Shown: positions 17,548-26,528 of the stretch, in pieces | How positions within the stretch are numbered: position 1 is the first letter of the stretch | Layout: each line of letters begins with the position of its first letter | DNA from: Candidatus Woesebacteria bacterium | Lineage (GTDB): Bacteria; Patescibacteriota; Microgenomatia; UBA1400; UBA1396 | DNA length: 64,000 nt | Assembly: GCA_963749595.1 (NCBI GenBank) | Contig: CAVVNJ010000002.1 | Span: 32,606 to 96,605, forward strand | Direction: 5' to 3' | Notes under the pieces: generated by a model | The model's input: only the letters and a program-made list of their open reading frames with translations | Database searches by the model: none | What the model was told of the DNA's origin: nothing | Translations under genes and position numbers: made by a program

Positions 17548-18369
17548 TCACCGACGCTGATTTTTTAACGACCGTTCGAAAGCTCGAGCCATCGCCGGAG
17601 CATCATCCACCGGAAAAGCTTTCAGCAATTGGTCGTCCAACTTCTCTCTGGTTTCAAAAAACATCCGGAGCAGGAGATTGAGCAACGTGGCGTCCAGATA
17701 AGTTTCAGCATCTTGAGGGTTTTCCGACTGCATCACCGGAGCGCTGATATTCAACTCCTCAGCCTTGTTGCGCCAAATTTGGGTGAAGCCGTCGACATGA
17801 AGCAATCCGCCGGCCAGGTCGTCGGCAGCGGCGATTTTGACGTGATCAATGCCGGAGTTAACCACCGCGCCCACCGTGCACATCGGGCAGGGTTCAAGAG
17901 TGGTAAATAATTCCCGTTTTGGCTGTCCCGGTTTAGCGGCCCGGGTGATTTCCGGATTTCCGTCTTCGTCCCTACCAAAAACATGAATCTTATGCCCGGC
18001 AATTAATTGCAGGATCGCCACTTTATCACCGTCTTTTCCAGCCAGTAGAAACTCTCGCAGGGCAGCCGTAGCGTTCATTTCGGCATGGCCATGGGGGTTA
18101 CTTTCGGAAAAAATCGTGTTGTGACCCAGGAAAATCATCTCCCGACCACCTTGGCGCACCACAACTGAGGCGGCAATCCCATAGTTGCCGCGTTGCCGCG
18201 CTTCAATGCCGTGCTCGAGAAGAATCAAAAAATATTCCGCCGCGGAATGCGTACCGCGCAGTTTTTCACGGTTGGCGGCAATGTATACCTCGGCCTCGCG
18301 AATCAACTGCTTAGTTTCCCGGGAAAATTCCTGGTGGGGGGAATGTTTTTCTAACTTGCCAGATCTCAT
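17548..18369 (-). CDS. CMP/dCMP-type zinc deaminase family protein (nucleoside/nucleobase deaminase)
   Basis: 273 aa with HAEMNA and PCPMCTVGAV (the H-A-E ... PCxxC zinc site). Substrate not assignable. Confidence 0.8.
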   Translation of the reverse strand: MRSGKLEKHSPHQEFSRETKQLIREAEVYIAANREKLRGTHSAAEYFLILLEHGIEARQRGNYGIAASVVVRQGGREMIFLGHNTIFSESNPHGHAEMNATAALREFLLAGKDGDKVAILQLIAGHKIHVFGRDEDGNPEITRAAKPGQPKRELFTTLEPCPMCTVGAVVNSGIDHVKIAAADDLAGGLLHVDGFTQIWRNKAEELNISAPVMQSENPQDAETYLDATLLNLLLRMFFETREKLDDQLLKAFPVDDAPAMARAFERSLKNQRR

Positions 18370-18459
18370 GATGCCTTTCTTCGTGGCCGAACGAGTTTGA
18401 CTCTGTTAGAGAAGGATTATATCACCTATAATTATCAAAAAGCCATAGACGGAGGCATT

Positions 18460-19251
18460 ATGTTTACCGAACAACAAGCAGCCCAAGTCCTGACTAAACG
18501 GGTCAAAAAGTTTCCTTCTTTTCTGGCCGTTCTCGGCAGCGGCTGGAACAAAGTTCTCTCCTCCGCCAAGATTGAGACTGAAATCCCTTATTCCGAGCTG
18601 TTCGGCGTGGCGGCCACGGTTCCGGGGCACGATGGCAAACTGGTCATCGCCAAAATTAAAGGGCAAAGAGTAGCCGTGATGTCCGGACGCTTTCACACCT
18701 ATGAGGGTTTTTCCGCTCGCGAGGCTACTCTGCCGATTCGGGTTTTTGCCAAAGCCGGAGCTAAACAGCTCATTCTCACCGCTGCCTGTGGCGCACTCAA
18801 TGAAAAATATCGCGTCGGGGATTTCGTCCTCCTTAACGACGTTATCACTCTTTTCCTGGCCTTGGATAATCCGTTAATTGGCCCGCAGTTCCTTGATGTC
18901 TCCGAAGTCTTTGATCCGGAAATGCGTAAAACTGCCCGGGAGGTAATGGTCAAAAATGACCTGCCGCTGAAGGAAGGTTCCTATTGCTATTACCACGGAC
19001 CAAACTACGAGACCCCCGCCGACAAAATGGCCCTTCGTTTTTTGGGCGCCGATGTGGTCGGCATGAGCACGGTCCCGGAAGTATTAATGGCCCGCTGGTT
19101 GAAAATGGAAGTGATGGGTTTGGCGTTTGTGACCAATCTGGCTTTTGTCAAACATGATCACAAGGACGTCATTGCCGCGGCCGAAAAAGCCAGCGCCCAG
19201 ATGACAACCGTGCTTGAGGGATTTTTCAATCAAACAGCGAAAAAAGCTTAA
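18460..19251 (+). CDS. Purine nucleoside phosphorylase (PNP/MTAP family, PunA-type)
   Basis: ORF track start is 18397. I prefer the ATG at 18460, which follows the RBS GGAGG. Motifs are GRFHTYEG, YYHGPNYETPAD and GADVVGMSTVPEV. Confidence 0.85.
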   Translation: MFTEQQAAQVLTKRVKKFPSFLAVLGSGWNKVLSSAKIETEIPYSELFGVAATVPGHDGKLVIAKIKGQRVAVMSGRFHTYEGFSAREATLPIRVFAKAGAKQLILTAACGALNEKYRVGDFVLLNDVITLFLALDNPLIGPQFLDVSEVFDPEMRKTAREVMVKNDLPLKEGSYCYYHGPNYETPADKMALRFLGADVVGMSTVPEVLMARWLKMEVMGLAFVTNLAFVKHDHKDVIAAAEKASAQMTTVLEGFFNQTAKKA

Positions 19252-20778
19252 TTATTCCCACTCCATCGTAGCCGGTGGTTTAGTGGTGATATCGTAAACG
19301 ACCCGCGAAATATTGGGTACTTCATTGACAATACGCGATGAAATTTCCTGAAGAACCTCATAAGGAAGATGAGCCCAACCGCATGTCATTTCATCATTGG
19401 AAGTGGTAATGCGTAAAGCGACCACCTCGCCAAAAAAGCGCTCATCACCTTTGACTGATGTCGACGACGCTCCAGTCATTACCGGAAAAGAATGTAGCAC
19501 TTTCCCTAGCCAGCCGGATTGAGTGATCACCTCCATCACAATGGCATCGGCTTGGCGCTCGGCGGTGAGGCGCTCCGCCGTCACTTCACCGCGAATTCGG
19601 ATTCCGTAACCAGGACCGGGAAACTTTTGCATCTGGACAAACTCTTCCGTAATGCCCAACATCATGCCCATCGCCCGTACCTCGTCCTTATAAAAATCGC
19701 GCAGCGGTTCCAGTAGCTTCAGAGCCAATTTTTCCGGCAGTCCGCCCACATTGTGGTGGCTCTTAATTTTGTCGGCGTGCTTGGTACCTTTGCTTTCAAT
19801 AACATCAGAGTAAATCGTTCCTTGCAGCAAGAATTTTGCCGCAATGCCATCTTTTTTCAAACGCTTCATTTCTCGTTCAAAAACTTCGATAAAGAAACCA
19901 CCGATAATTTTTCGTTTGGCCTCAGGATCAGTAACGCCCTTTAACCGCTCCAGCATTTCCGCTTCAACATGCACCACACGCGGCTCAACCCCAGCTGCGC
20001 GGAAAATCTTCTGGACATTGGCAAACGTTCCCTCCCGCATCAGACCGTTGTCGACATAGATGGGAATAAATTTTTCGCCGATCGCCCGGGCCGTTAGCAC
20101 GCCGGCGACCGTGGAATCAACGCCGCCGGATACCGCGCCGATAACGTAAGCGTCGCCGACTTTTTCCCGGATTTGTTGCTCCAGGGGTGAAGGATCCAGG
20201 GCATAGGCGGCGGTTTCCAATCCACATAGCTTGACAAAATTCTCGTAAATCTGGGTGCCGTGCTCAGTATGTTGAACTTCCGGATGGAATTGAATGCCGA
20301 AAATATTTTTATCCTGATGCTTGATGAACGCGAAAGGTACAGTCTTGGTTGAACCGATGACCCGATACTCTTTAGGAATGCCGACTACTTCATCGCCGTG
20401 ACTCATCCAGACCGTAAAAGTTTTGGGCAAATCCTGCAACATTTGGGTAGTGGTTTTTTTCAACGTAATCACCGCTGGGCCGTATTCCTTGCGTCCACGA
20501 ATAACCTTGCCACCCAAAAGGTGAGCGATAAGCATCATGCCATAACAAACTCCCAAAATGGGAATATCCAGTTCAAAAATCGATGGGTCAATGGTTGGCG
20601 CCTGATCGGCATAAACCGACATTGGCCCACCAGAAAGTATAATTCCTTGAGGAGATCGGGCATTTATTTCCGCCTGGGCCACTTCCGGCTCCACAATCTT
20701 AAATTCACAACCCAGTTCTTTTAATCGTCGACCAATGTAGTGGGTGTACTGCGAACCAAAGTCGATGATTAAAATCAT
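19252..20778 (-). CDS. guaA: GMP synthase (glutamine-hydrolysing)
   Basis: 508 aa. N-terminal GATase (ILGVCYGM, HPEV), ATP-PPase loop AVSGGVDSTV, and the canonical C-terminus PPATMEWE. Confidence 0.95.
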   Translation of the reverse strand: MILIIDFGSQYTHYIGRRLKELGCEFKIVEPEVAQAEINARSPQGIILSGGPMSVYADQAPTIDPSIFELDIPILGVCYGMMLIAHLLGGKVIRGRKEYGPAVITLKKTTTQMLQDLPKTFTVWMSHGDEVVGIPKEYRVIGSTKTVPFAFIKHQDKNIFGIQFHPEVQHTEHGTQIYENFVKLCGLETAAYALDPSPLEQQIREKVGDAYVIGAVSGGVDSTVAGVLTARAIGEKFIPIYVDNGLMREGTFANVQKIFRAAGVEPRVVHVEAEMLERLKGVTDPEAKRKIIGGFFIEVFEREMKRLKKDGIAAKFLLQGTIYSDVIESKGTKHADKIKSHHNVGGLPEKLALKLLEPLRDFYKDEVRAMGMMLGITEEFVQMQKFPGPGYGIRIRGEVTAERLTAERQADAIVMEVITQSGWLGKVLHSFPVMTGASSTSVKGDERFFGEVVALRITTSNDEMTCGWAHLPYEVLQEISSRIVNEVPNISRVVYDITTKPPATMEWE

Positions 20779-20868
20779 AAAGGTCCTTAGTTAGTTGAGA
20801 AGTGTATAGACATCTATACGGTCTGATGATACTATGGAGAACCGCTACTTGCAAGAAGAAATGCTGTT

Positions 20869-21450
20869 ATGAATATCCTAATTATCTCGGACATTCACGA
20901 GAATTTTCACAATCTTGAAATAATTTTGACCTATGCCAAAAATGAAGGAATTTCTCGGGGATTTGCTCTTGGCGATTTGATTAACCCTGGCATTATGCAC
21001 CAACTTGGCCGCTCAAAAATTAACTTCGATATAGTTCTGGGCAACAATGACGGCGACAAATTTATGCTCGCTGCTAGCGCTGGTAAATATAAGAATCTTC
21101 ATCTCGAAGATCTGTATGAAGAATTGGAAATAGATGAGAAAAAAATCTTTATAACCCATTACGATAAAATCGGCGACTTGGCCGCGAAATCGGGTGATTA
21201 TCAAGCAACTTTCTGTGGTCACAATCATGTTTTTAACTCGGTAGTACTAGCAAACGGCTGCCTGCTAGCTAACCCGGGAGAGGTATCTGGCCACATGTTT
21301 GGCAAGCCAACTTTCGGTGTGTGGGACAGCATAACGAATAGGTTCAAAGTGATTCAAATTGCTGGAGCATGGGTGGATGTCAAAAGATTTAAGCGTGATA
21401 ACCAGCCTGTTCTCAATGAAGTTTCCTTTACGGAAATTGCTTCCGAATAA
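20869..21450 (+). CDS. Metallophosphoesterase (YfcE/MJ0936 family)
   Basis: 193 aa with MPE motifs SDIHEN, LGDL, GNNDGD and CGHNH. Confidence 0.8.
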   Translation: MNILIISDIHENFHNLEIILTYAKNEGISRGFALGDLINPGIMHQLGRSKINFDIVLGNNDGDKFMLAASAGKYKNLHLEDLYEELEIDEKKIFITHYDKIGDLAAKSGDYQATFCGHNHVFNSVVLANGCLLANPGEVSGHMFGKPTFGVWDSITNRFKVIQIAGAWVDVKRFKRDNQPVLNEVSFTEIASE

Positions 21451-22711
21451 GCTGAGAAAATTCCAATTGAAACTGCTTTCTAGCCAGCATCTCGTTTTCG
21501 CTAAATACTCCAGAGGAGCGCTTAAGTTTAGTGGTAACGCCCTGCAACAACTCAACTCCTGCTCCCCCCAAATCGGAAAATAATTGTGGACGGATAATCA
21601 TCTGCACGGAACCACCTATCTCAAAAAAGGCAGTGCTATAGCATAAACCTGCCAAAGGATAAACGTGAATGGCTACGTCCCGAAAATTAGAATCCCGAAG
21701 TAGATGTGAATTTCGGCTCAACAGACTTGGCTTAAGATTTTGCAAAAAATTTAATAGGGTTTCTAGCGACTCTGGTTCAATCCATTTTAGATTTGAGAGT
21801 CGACTTCTAAGAAACTGAGATTGATGATCATCGGTTGATTCTTGAATACTGGGTCGCTGCCACATTCCTGACTGGCCATCTGTGCAAGCTGCCATCAGGG
21901 ACTCGTGAACCTGAACAAGTGCTGAATGAATCGCGATAAAGTCGGCATCAAATGCGTCAGTAAGCAGAGTATCCCAACCCTGAGCTAAAGTAAAACTCAA
22001 GAATGGTGACTCATCGTCCGCAAAAGGACGTACCATTTTCAGCTTATAGAGAGGCGCTCCATGACGAATAAAATCATATGCCAGAATTGACCCAACCACC
22101 GTGGACTCATCGATAAGACGCCGACGACGCAACGGTGATAATTCGGAAAGCTGTCTTGCCCCGCTCCGTACCACTGCCATTTCTTCAATTGATCTTCCAA
22201 TAAAATGAGCGTGAAAACGTTTTTCGCACTGCCCGCTTTCCCGATCAAAAGTTTCCGGATCATAGCTAAAGGCAATATAGGGGTACAAATCATGTGTCTT
22301 AGCATATTGGGGGAAGTTATTAGCAATAGTAAAAAAAACTGCTCTAGTTTTTCGATCGTGTTCGGATAAAGCAGACTTGGTCACTTTTCCGGCCGACATG
22401 ACCATCAGCTCATACTGGGAATGGGGAGTTAATTTGTCCATTAAAAACAGAGATTCCTCTGCTTGGGTGGTTATTTCAGCAAGTTTAAAAGGTGCGGAAG
22501 ATTCTAAGAAAGTTAAATGCTCATTCGCCTGAAGATGACCATTGGGGGAAAAGGCCAGAAATTTTTTCACGTCAGCACGACCGTTTATCCTCAGTGAATC
22601 ATAGACCAGAGATCTCAACCTTTTCTCTTCAAGCTTCGGAGGCAATAGAGGAAACTCTCGAGATAATGATTCAAATAAGCTGGCAATTCTTTCCTCTGAT
22701 CGATTTACCAT
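21428..22711 (-). CDS. Hypothetical protein (427 aa), no confident family; weak HIT/GalT-like H-x-H element (RFHAHFIG)
   Basis: Long uninterrupted ORF. Its stop lies 2 nt from the start of the next gene, and its 3' end overlaps the convergent MPE gene by 23 nt. The only motif noticed is KRFHAHFIGRS. Confidence 0.55.
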   Translation of the reverse strand: MVNRSEERIASLFESLSREFPLLPPKLEEKRLRSLVYDSLRINGRADVKKFLAFSPNGHLQANEHLTFLESSAPFKLAEITTQAEESLFLMDKLTPHSQYELMVMSAGKVTKSALSEHDRKTRAVFFTIANNFPQYAKTHDLYPYIAFSYDPETFDRESGQCEKRFHAHFIGRSIEEMAVVRSGARQLSELSPLRRRRLIDESTVVGSILAYDFIRHGAPLYKLKMVRPFADDESPFLSFTLAQGWDTLLTDAFDADFIAIHSALVQVHESLMAACTDGQSGMWQRPSIQESTDDHQSQFLRSRLSNLKWIEPESLETLLNFLQNLKPSLLSRNSHLLRDSNFRDVAIHVYPLAGLCYSTAFFEIGGSVQMIIRPQLFSDLGGAGVELLQGVTTKLKRSSGVFSENEMLARKQFQLEFSQLIRKQFP

Positions 22712-22713
22712 GG

Positions 22714-23355
22714 TTACTTTCTGCTCCGTCGCGGCAGCGAGTAGCCTTCCAAATCAGTTCGTGAATCTTGTCGAAATTCTACCTCGATGAGTTTGGAAAG
22801 TTTCGATTTAACCTCTTCTAAACTTTCTGTATTGTTTATTCGTTCAACTTTAAATTGGCCGCAGGTTTGCTCGACCTGATAGTAGCCCTCCCTAACTTTC
22901 GTGATATATGGCTGCCAATAGCTCGCCCAGCTGTCGGCTGTAACGCCATCTCTTTGCGCCAATCGATCGCGAATGACTGAATCAGGTGCGTCGAGTAAAA
23001 TTATGGTTCCTTCAAGCCAAGACTGGCTGGCAACCAAAATTAAACTTTGCAAAAAGACCTCGTTGCTCATAGCCCAAGAGTAGGCTAAAGCATCAAATAC
23101 TCCACGATCCATTATGGTTGATCGACCGTCTTCCCTGGCGATTTTAGTTTTTAAAGCGTGCTGATTAATCGCCCATTCCTGAGCCCGAATTCGACTTGCT
23201 TCGTCTCTTTCTCCGCGCTCATTAACGAATTGCGGAAATGGTTCTAGAAATTCAGGCAGAAATAAGTATTTTTGACCAAAGATCGACCCTAGATAATTCA
23301 GCATCGTACTCTTTCCTGTGGTCGGCAAACCGGATAAATACACAACTTTTTGCAT
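22714..23355 (-). CDS. P-loop nucleoside/nucleotide kinase-like protein (dNK/AAA_17-like)
   Basis: 213 aa with Walker A GLPTTGKST, DRGVFD and LLDAPDSVIRDRLAQR (lid-like). Confidence 0.6.
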   Translation of the reverse strand: MQKVVYLSGLPTTGKSTMLNYLGSIFGQKYLFLPEFLEPFPQFVNERGERDEASRIRAQEWAINQHALKTKIAREDGRSTIMDRGVFDALAYSWAMSNEVFLQSLILVASQSWLEGTIILLDAPDSVIRDRLAQRDGVTADSWASYWQPYITKVREGYYQVEQTCGQFKVERINNTESLEEVKSKLSKLIEVEFRQDSRTDLEGYSLPRRSRK

Positions 23356-23360
23356 TCAAA

Positions 23361-24272
23361 TCACCTCAAAATTCCTCTAACTCGAGCGGTTAGGTAATCC
23401 CAATTATCGGCCAATTCAGGCGTAGACGTACCAAAGATCATTTGGAAGACCCTGTTTCCACCGCCCACCAAAGCCGTTCGGAAAGCTGAGTATAATATTC
23501 TATCAATTGTTGGATCTGACAGGCTCTTCCCGTTTATGGTTGAGATAGCTCCTAGTCTGATTAGGACCGGAAGTGCGAGACCGCCACCAATCTTCAATAG
23601 TGAAGAGGCATATTCCAAATCGAAAGCATGATCCTGATATTTGTCAGCAACTGCCAGATACTCGCCGAAACCGCTTGGGGTGGATAATACTTCTATGACC
23701 GACGGATGAAGCCCAACCACCATTCCTCTCCGACTAACAAAGGATCTTTTATCATTAGATAACACCGCCGCAGAATTAACAAAGTAATACCAATCAGATC
23801 CACTATAACGGGCCTGTTGTCCTAGTGCTAATAAATTTTCCCTAATTTCTTCAAAATTTCTCGGCTTGGCCAACGGCCCACAGCAAGGTATATTAGTTTG
23901 GCTATCAATTCCCAAGCACCACACATCATCTGATTTAATGTTCAAATTTTTCTGCAACGCAATCTCGTCTGGATTTGAAAATTGATTTTCCTCACCAGTC
24001 GGGGCTTGAAAACTTATGTCCAGGTTTGATCCAGAAGCGTTATTGAGATATAACAAGAATTTTTTTCTTAAATAGCTGCCGGTTGAAACCTTTATTTTCT
24101 GAAAGATTACCGATTCGTTACCGAGTGAAAGGTAAATCCTAAATTGGATTTTTCCTTGATCAGAAAACTCCGCGTAACCTTCAAAGCCAGAATCTAAAAC
24201 TTGTTGCATTTCAGGCAGAACGACAATATATTCCGGATTAACAATCTGTCCCTCTTTATTATTTATAACCAT
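23361..24272 (-). CDS. Hypothetical protein (303 aa), no recognisable domain
   Basis: Uninterrupted ORF with its own candidate promoter upstream, followed 5 nt later by the P-loop kinase gene. Confidence 0.55.
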   Translation of the reverse strand: MVINNKEGQIVNPEYIVVLPEMQQVLDSGFEGYAEFSDQGKIQFRIYLSLGNESVIFQKIKVSTGSYLRKKFLLYLNNASGSNLDISFQAPTGEENQFSNPDEIALQKNLNIKSDDVWCLGIDSQTNIPCCGPLAKPRNFEEIRENLLALGQQARYSGSDWYYFVNSAAVLSNDKRSFVSRRGMVVGLHPSVIEVLSTPSGFGEYLAVADKYQDHAFDLEYASSLLKIGGGLALPVLIRLGAISTINGKSLSDPTIDRILYSAFRTALVGGGNRVFQMIFGTSTPELADNWDYLTARVRGILR

Positions 24273-24299
24273 AAATTACTCTGGCAAATTATCGCCAGC

Positions 24300-24328
24300 A
24301 TAATGTCACAACTTATGGGCTTTGTCAA
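24300..24328 (-). promoter_or_regulatory. Candidate sigma70-type promoter for the 23361..24272 operon
   Basis: On the minus strand: perfect TTGACA (24323-24328), 17-nt spacer, CATTAT (24300-24305). A short hairpin, ctggcaaattatcgccag, lies in the predicted leader. Confidence 0.4.
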
Positions 24329-24350
24329 TACAATTTATACGAGAATAAAA

Positions 24351-24971
24351 TTAGGATGTTAAAAGGAAGTTTTCAACTACTGCCCCAATCTGTTGAGCAG
24401 GAAGAGCCTCGGCTTGAATTTCCAAGCAGCGTGTTCCTTGACGGCGCAAGCGCTCCACCAGGGCAGCGATTGAACTGGAAATACCATCGAGGTACTCGGC
24501 TGAATGATATTTAATTTCAAACTCCCGGCCCCGCTTCTCAATCCTTTGACGCAAAAAATCGACTGGACCGTTCAGAAAGACCACCAACTCCGGCGCGGGA
24601 ATTTCCTCGGTTAAATAAGAAAACAGACGTTCGTAAAGTTCCCATTCGTCCGCGGTCATATAACCTTGACTAAGCCGGGAATGTGCGTAGACATAACTCA
24701 TCAACAAACCACTATCAACAACTAAGGGTTGCGGGGAGGGGAGACTCAAGGCTTGCCGCATGAGCAAAAGCCTCTCCAGCAAGAACCAGGTGTCGCTGGT
24801 GAACGACCAACGTTGACGGTCCTTTAGTGCTTCGGGGAAAAAGGGATTCGTTTCAAAAAAACGATCGGCCGGCACCAACTCTCCCTGTAATTTATCGGCC
24901 AACGCTTTGGCCAAAGTGCTTTTACCAGTGGCCACGTTACCAATTACGACAATGTGGGAACGATTGATCAT
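24351..24971 (-). CDS. Deoxynucleoside kinase
   Basis: 206 aa with P-loop VVIGNVATGKSTLAKALA, VVDSGLLMSYVYA, and LVVFLNGPVDFLRQRIEKRGREFE (the dNK lid R-x-x-x-R-G-R). Confidence 0.8.
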   Translation of the reverse strand: MINRSHIVVIGNVATGKSTLAKALADKLQGELVPADRFFETNPFFPEALKDRQRWSFTSDTWFLLERLLLMRQALSLPSPQPLVVDSGLLMSYVYAHSRLSQGYMTADEWELYERLFSYLTEEIPAPELVVFLNGPVDFLRQRIEKRGREFEIKYHSAEYLDGISSSIAALVERLRRQGTRCLEIQAEALPAQQIGAVVENFLLTS

Positions 24972-25569
24972 GCCAGGATTAACTTTCCTTCCGGCGTTAC
25001 TTCCTTAACCCTGATCAGGGAAAAGACATCCACACCGGTTTCACTTTTTATGCGCTGGGTACCATTTTGCCACACCTTGTCAAATAGCACCGCTAAACCA
25101 ACCACTTTAGCCCCAGCGGCCTGCAAAGCCTGGATACCAGCAATGGCGGTTGAACCGTGAGCAACTACGTCGTCGATCACCAAAATGCGCATTCCTGGTT
25201 CAACAAAACCAAAGTGACTAATTACATTTTTTTGACCGGTCGTAAACGATTCGTTAGAAAAAGTCACCACGTTGCTCCAGGCTCCCGGGGGACGGGCAAA
25301 CGTTTAGAGGGCAGGATGTGCTTGGCCCTAATCATTGGCGCCACTACCGAAACCAGACGGGAACCGGCATCGGGCAGACCAACCACGCCATCGATCGGTC
25401 CTTGCTGATGGTAGTGTTCGGCCCAACAACGCGAGGCAAACTCTAAAATATCCGGGTCAATCCGGAGGTTAAATTCTTCCGCCACAATATACCCACTGGC
25501 CGCGTCACGAACATAAACCGTTTCGAGAAATTTTTGTTTTAAAAAGGAAAGCTTGGCATCCTGAGTCAT
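24968..25569 (-). pseudogene. Type I phosphoribosyltransferase (APRT/OPRT-like) interrupted by one frameshift
   Basis: Two adjacent ORFs (25264..25569 and 24968..25270) together form one PRT. The N-part has GVVGLPDAGSRL and the C-part has the PRPP loop ILVIDDVVAHGSTA. The frames join near the C5/G5 run at about 25284-25292. Confidence 0.7.
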
Positions 25570-25617
25570 AATAGGGTCGAGTATAGCCCGCCGAACTGCT
25601 CTAAGCTAGTTGGAATT

Positions 25618-26271
25618 TTGCACATAAGATATAATATAAACATGATTGTCGAGGTGACCGAAGATCTGCAAGCCATTCGCAACCCGATCTTGGTCGATCT
25701 GAATCACGTTTTGGCCAACAACTCGTTACCCCTTGTCCCGAATCCCGAAGCTGCGCAATTCCTCAGCGCGCTTCGCGCCATTGGCACGGTGCTGATCGTT
25801 ACCAGCGCTTCCGATTGGAAATTAGTACACCAATTTTTACAGGATTCCCAACTTTGGACTAAAGATCTGGTTCTGATCACCTCCGGCAATTATCAGTCGA
25901 CCACCGGTGAATATTCTGGTGACTGGAAAAAAGTAAAAGAGCTACAACAACAATATGAAGATCTGGCCCAGAAACATCACCTTCTTACTCCTGAAATAAA
26001 TGATCACCTTGCCAAGTTTCCGGACCTTTTTTGGGGTGGGGCGATCGCCGACAAACGAGTAGCCTTTGCCTTCATGAAACCTCATTTACTACCGATCATC
26101 GATGACGCTGCAATCGCCACGAAGTACAATCCAGGAATGTTGGGCATTCGGGTTAATGCATGGTGTAGTCCAGACGAAATCGCCAAGGGTCGCAAGCCTA
26201 GGACTGACGGTAAAACTTTGGCGGAAGCGGCAAAAATAGTGCGCGATCATTACCAGCCAAAAAATCGATGA
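25618..26271 (+). CDS. HAD-like hydrolase-fold protein (degenerate motif I)
   Basis: 217 aa with ILVDLNHVLA (DxNxV instead of DxDxT), LIVTSASDW (motif II-like) and PIIDDAA (motif IV-like). An alternative start lies at 25642. Confidence 0.45.
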   Translation: MHIRYNINMIVEVTEDLQAIRNPILVDLNHVLANNSLPLVPNPEAAQFLSALRAIGTVLIVTSASDWKLVHQFLQDSQLWTKDLVLITSGNYQSTTGEYSGDWKKVKELQQQYEDLAQKHHLLTPEINDHLAKFPDLFWGGAIADKRVAFAFMKPHLLPIIDDAAIATKYNPGMLGIRVNAWCSPDEIAKGRKPRTDGKTLAEAAKIVRDHYQPKNR

Positions 26272-26277
26272 TCTGGG

Positions 26278-26350
26278 TGGCCGCTGAGGGACTTGAACCC
26301 CCGACCTGCCGGATGTAAACCGGACGCTCTACCAACTGAGCTAAGCGGCC
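26278..26350 (-). tRNA. tRNA-Val(TAC)
   Basis: Reverse complement is GGCCGCTTAGCTCAGTTGGTAGAGCGTCCGGTTTACATCCGGCAGGTCGGGGGTTCAAGTCCCTCAGCGGCCA. Clean cloverleaf with anticodon loop TTTACAT. Confidence 0.92.
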
Positions 26351-26360
26351 AGAAACTAAG

Positions 26361-26441
26361 TGCCCGAGAGAGGACTTGAACCTCCACGGCTTGCGCCATA
26401 CGCACCTCAAGCGTACGTGTATACCATTTCACCACTCGGGC
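26361..26441 (-). tRNA. tRNA-Leu(GAG)
   Basis: Reverse complement is GCCCGAGTGGTGAAATGGTATACACGTACGCTTGAGGTGCGTATGGCGCAAGCCGTGGAGGTTCAAGTCCTCTCTCGGGCA. Class II tRNA with a long variable arm and anticodon loop TTGAGGT. Confidence 0.9.
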
Positions 26442-26528
26442 AATAGTGCCGAAATTATATCATTTCCGACCTAAAAAACCAGCCTGATAACTATGGACAA
26501 AAACCAATTTTTCTGCTAGAAATGTAGC

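Noticed and set aside
26198-26435. ORFs 26198..26410 and 26250..26435 (minus strand)
   Set aside because: They are built from tRNA-Val and tRNA-Leu(GAG) sequence and are tRNA read-through artefacts.
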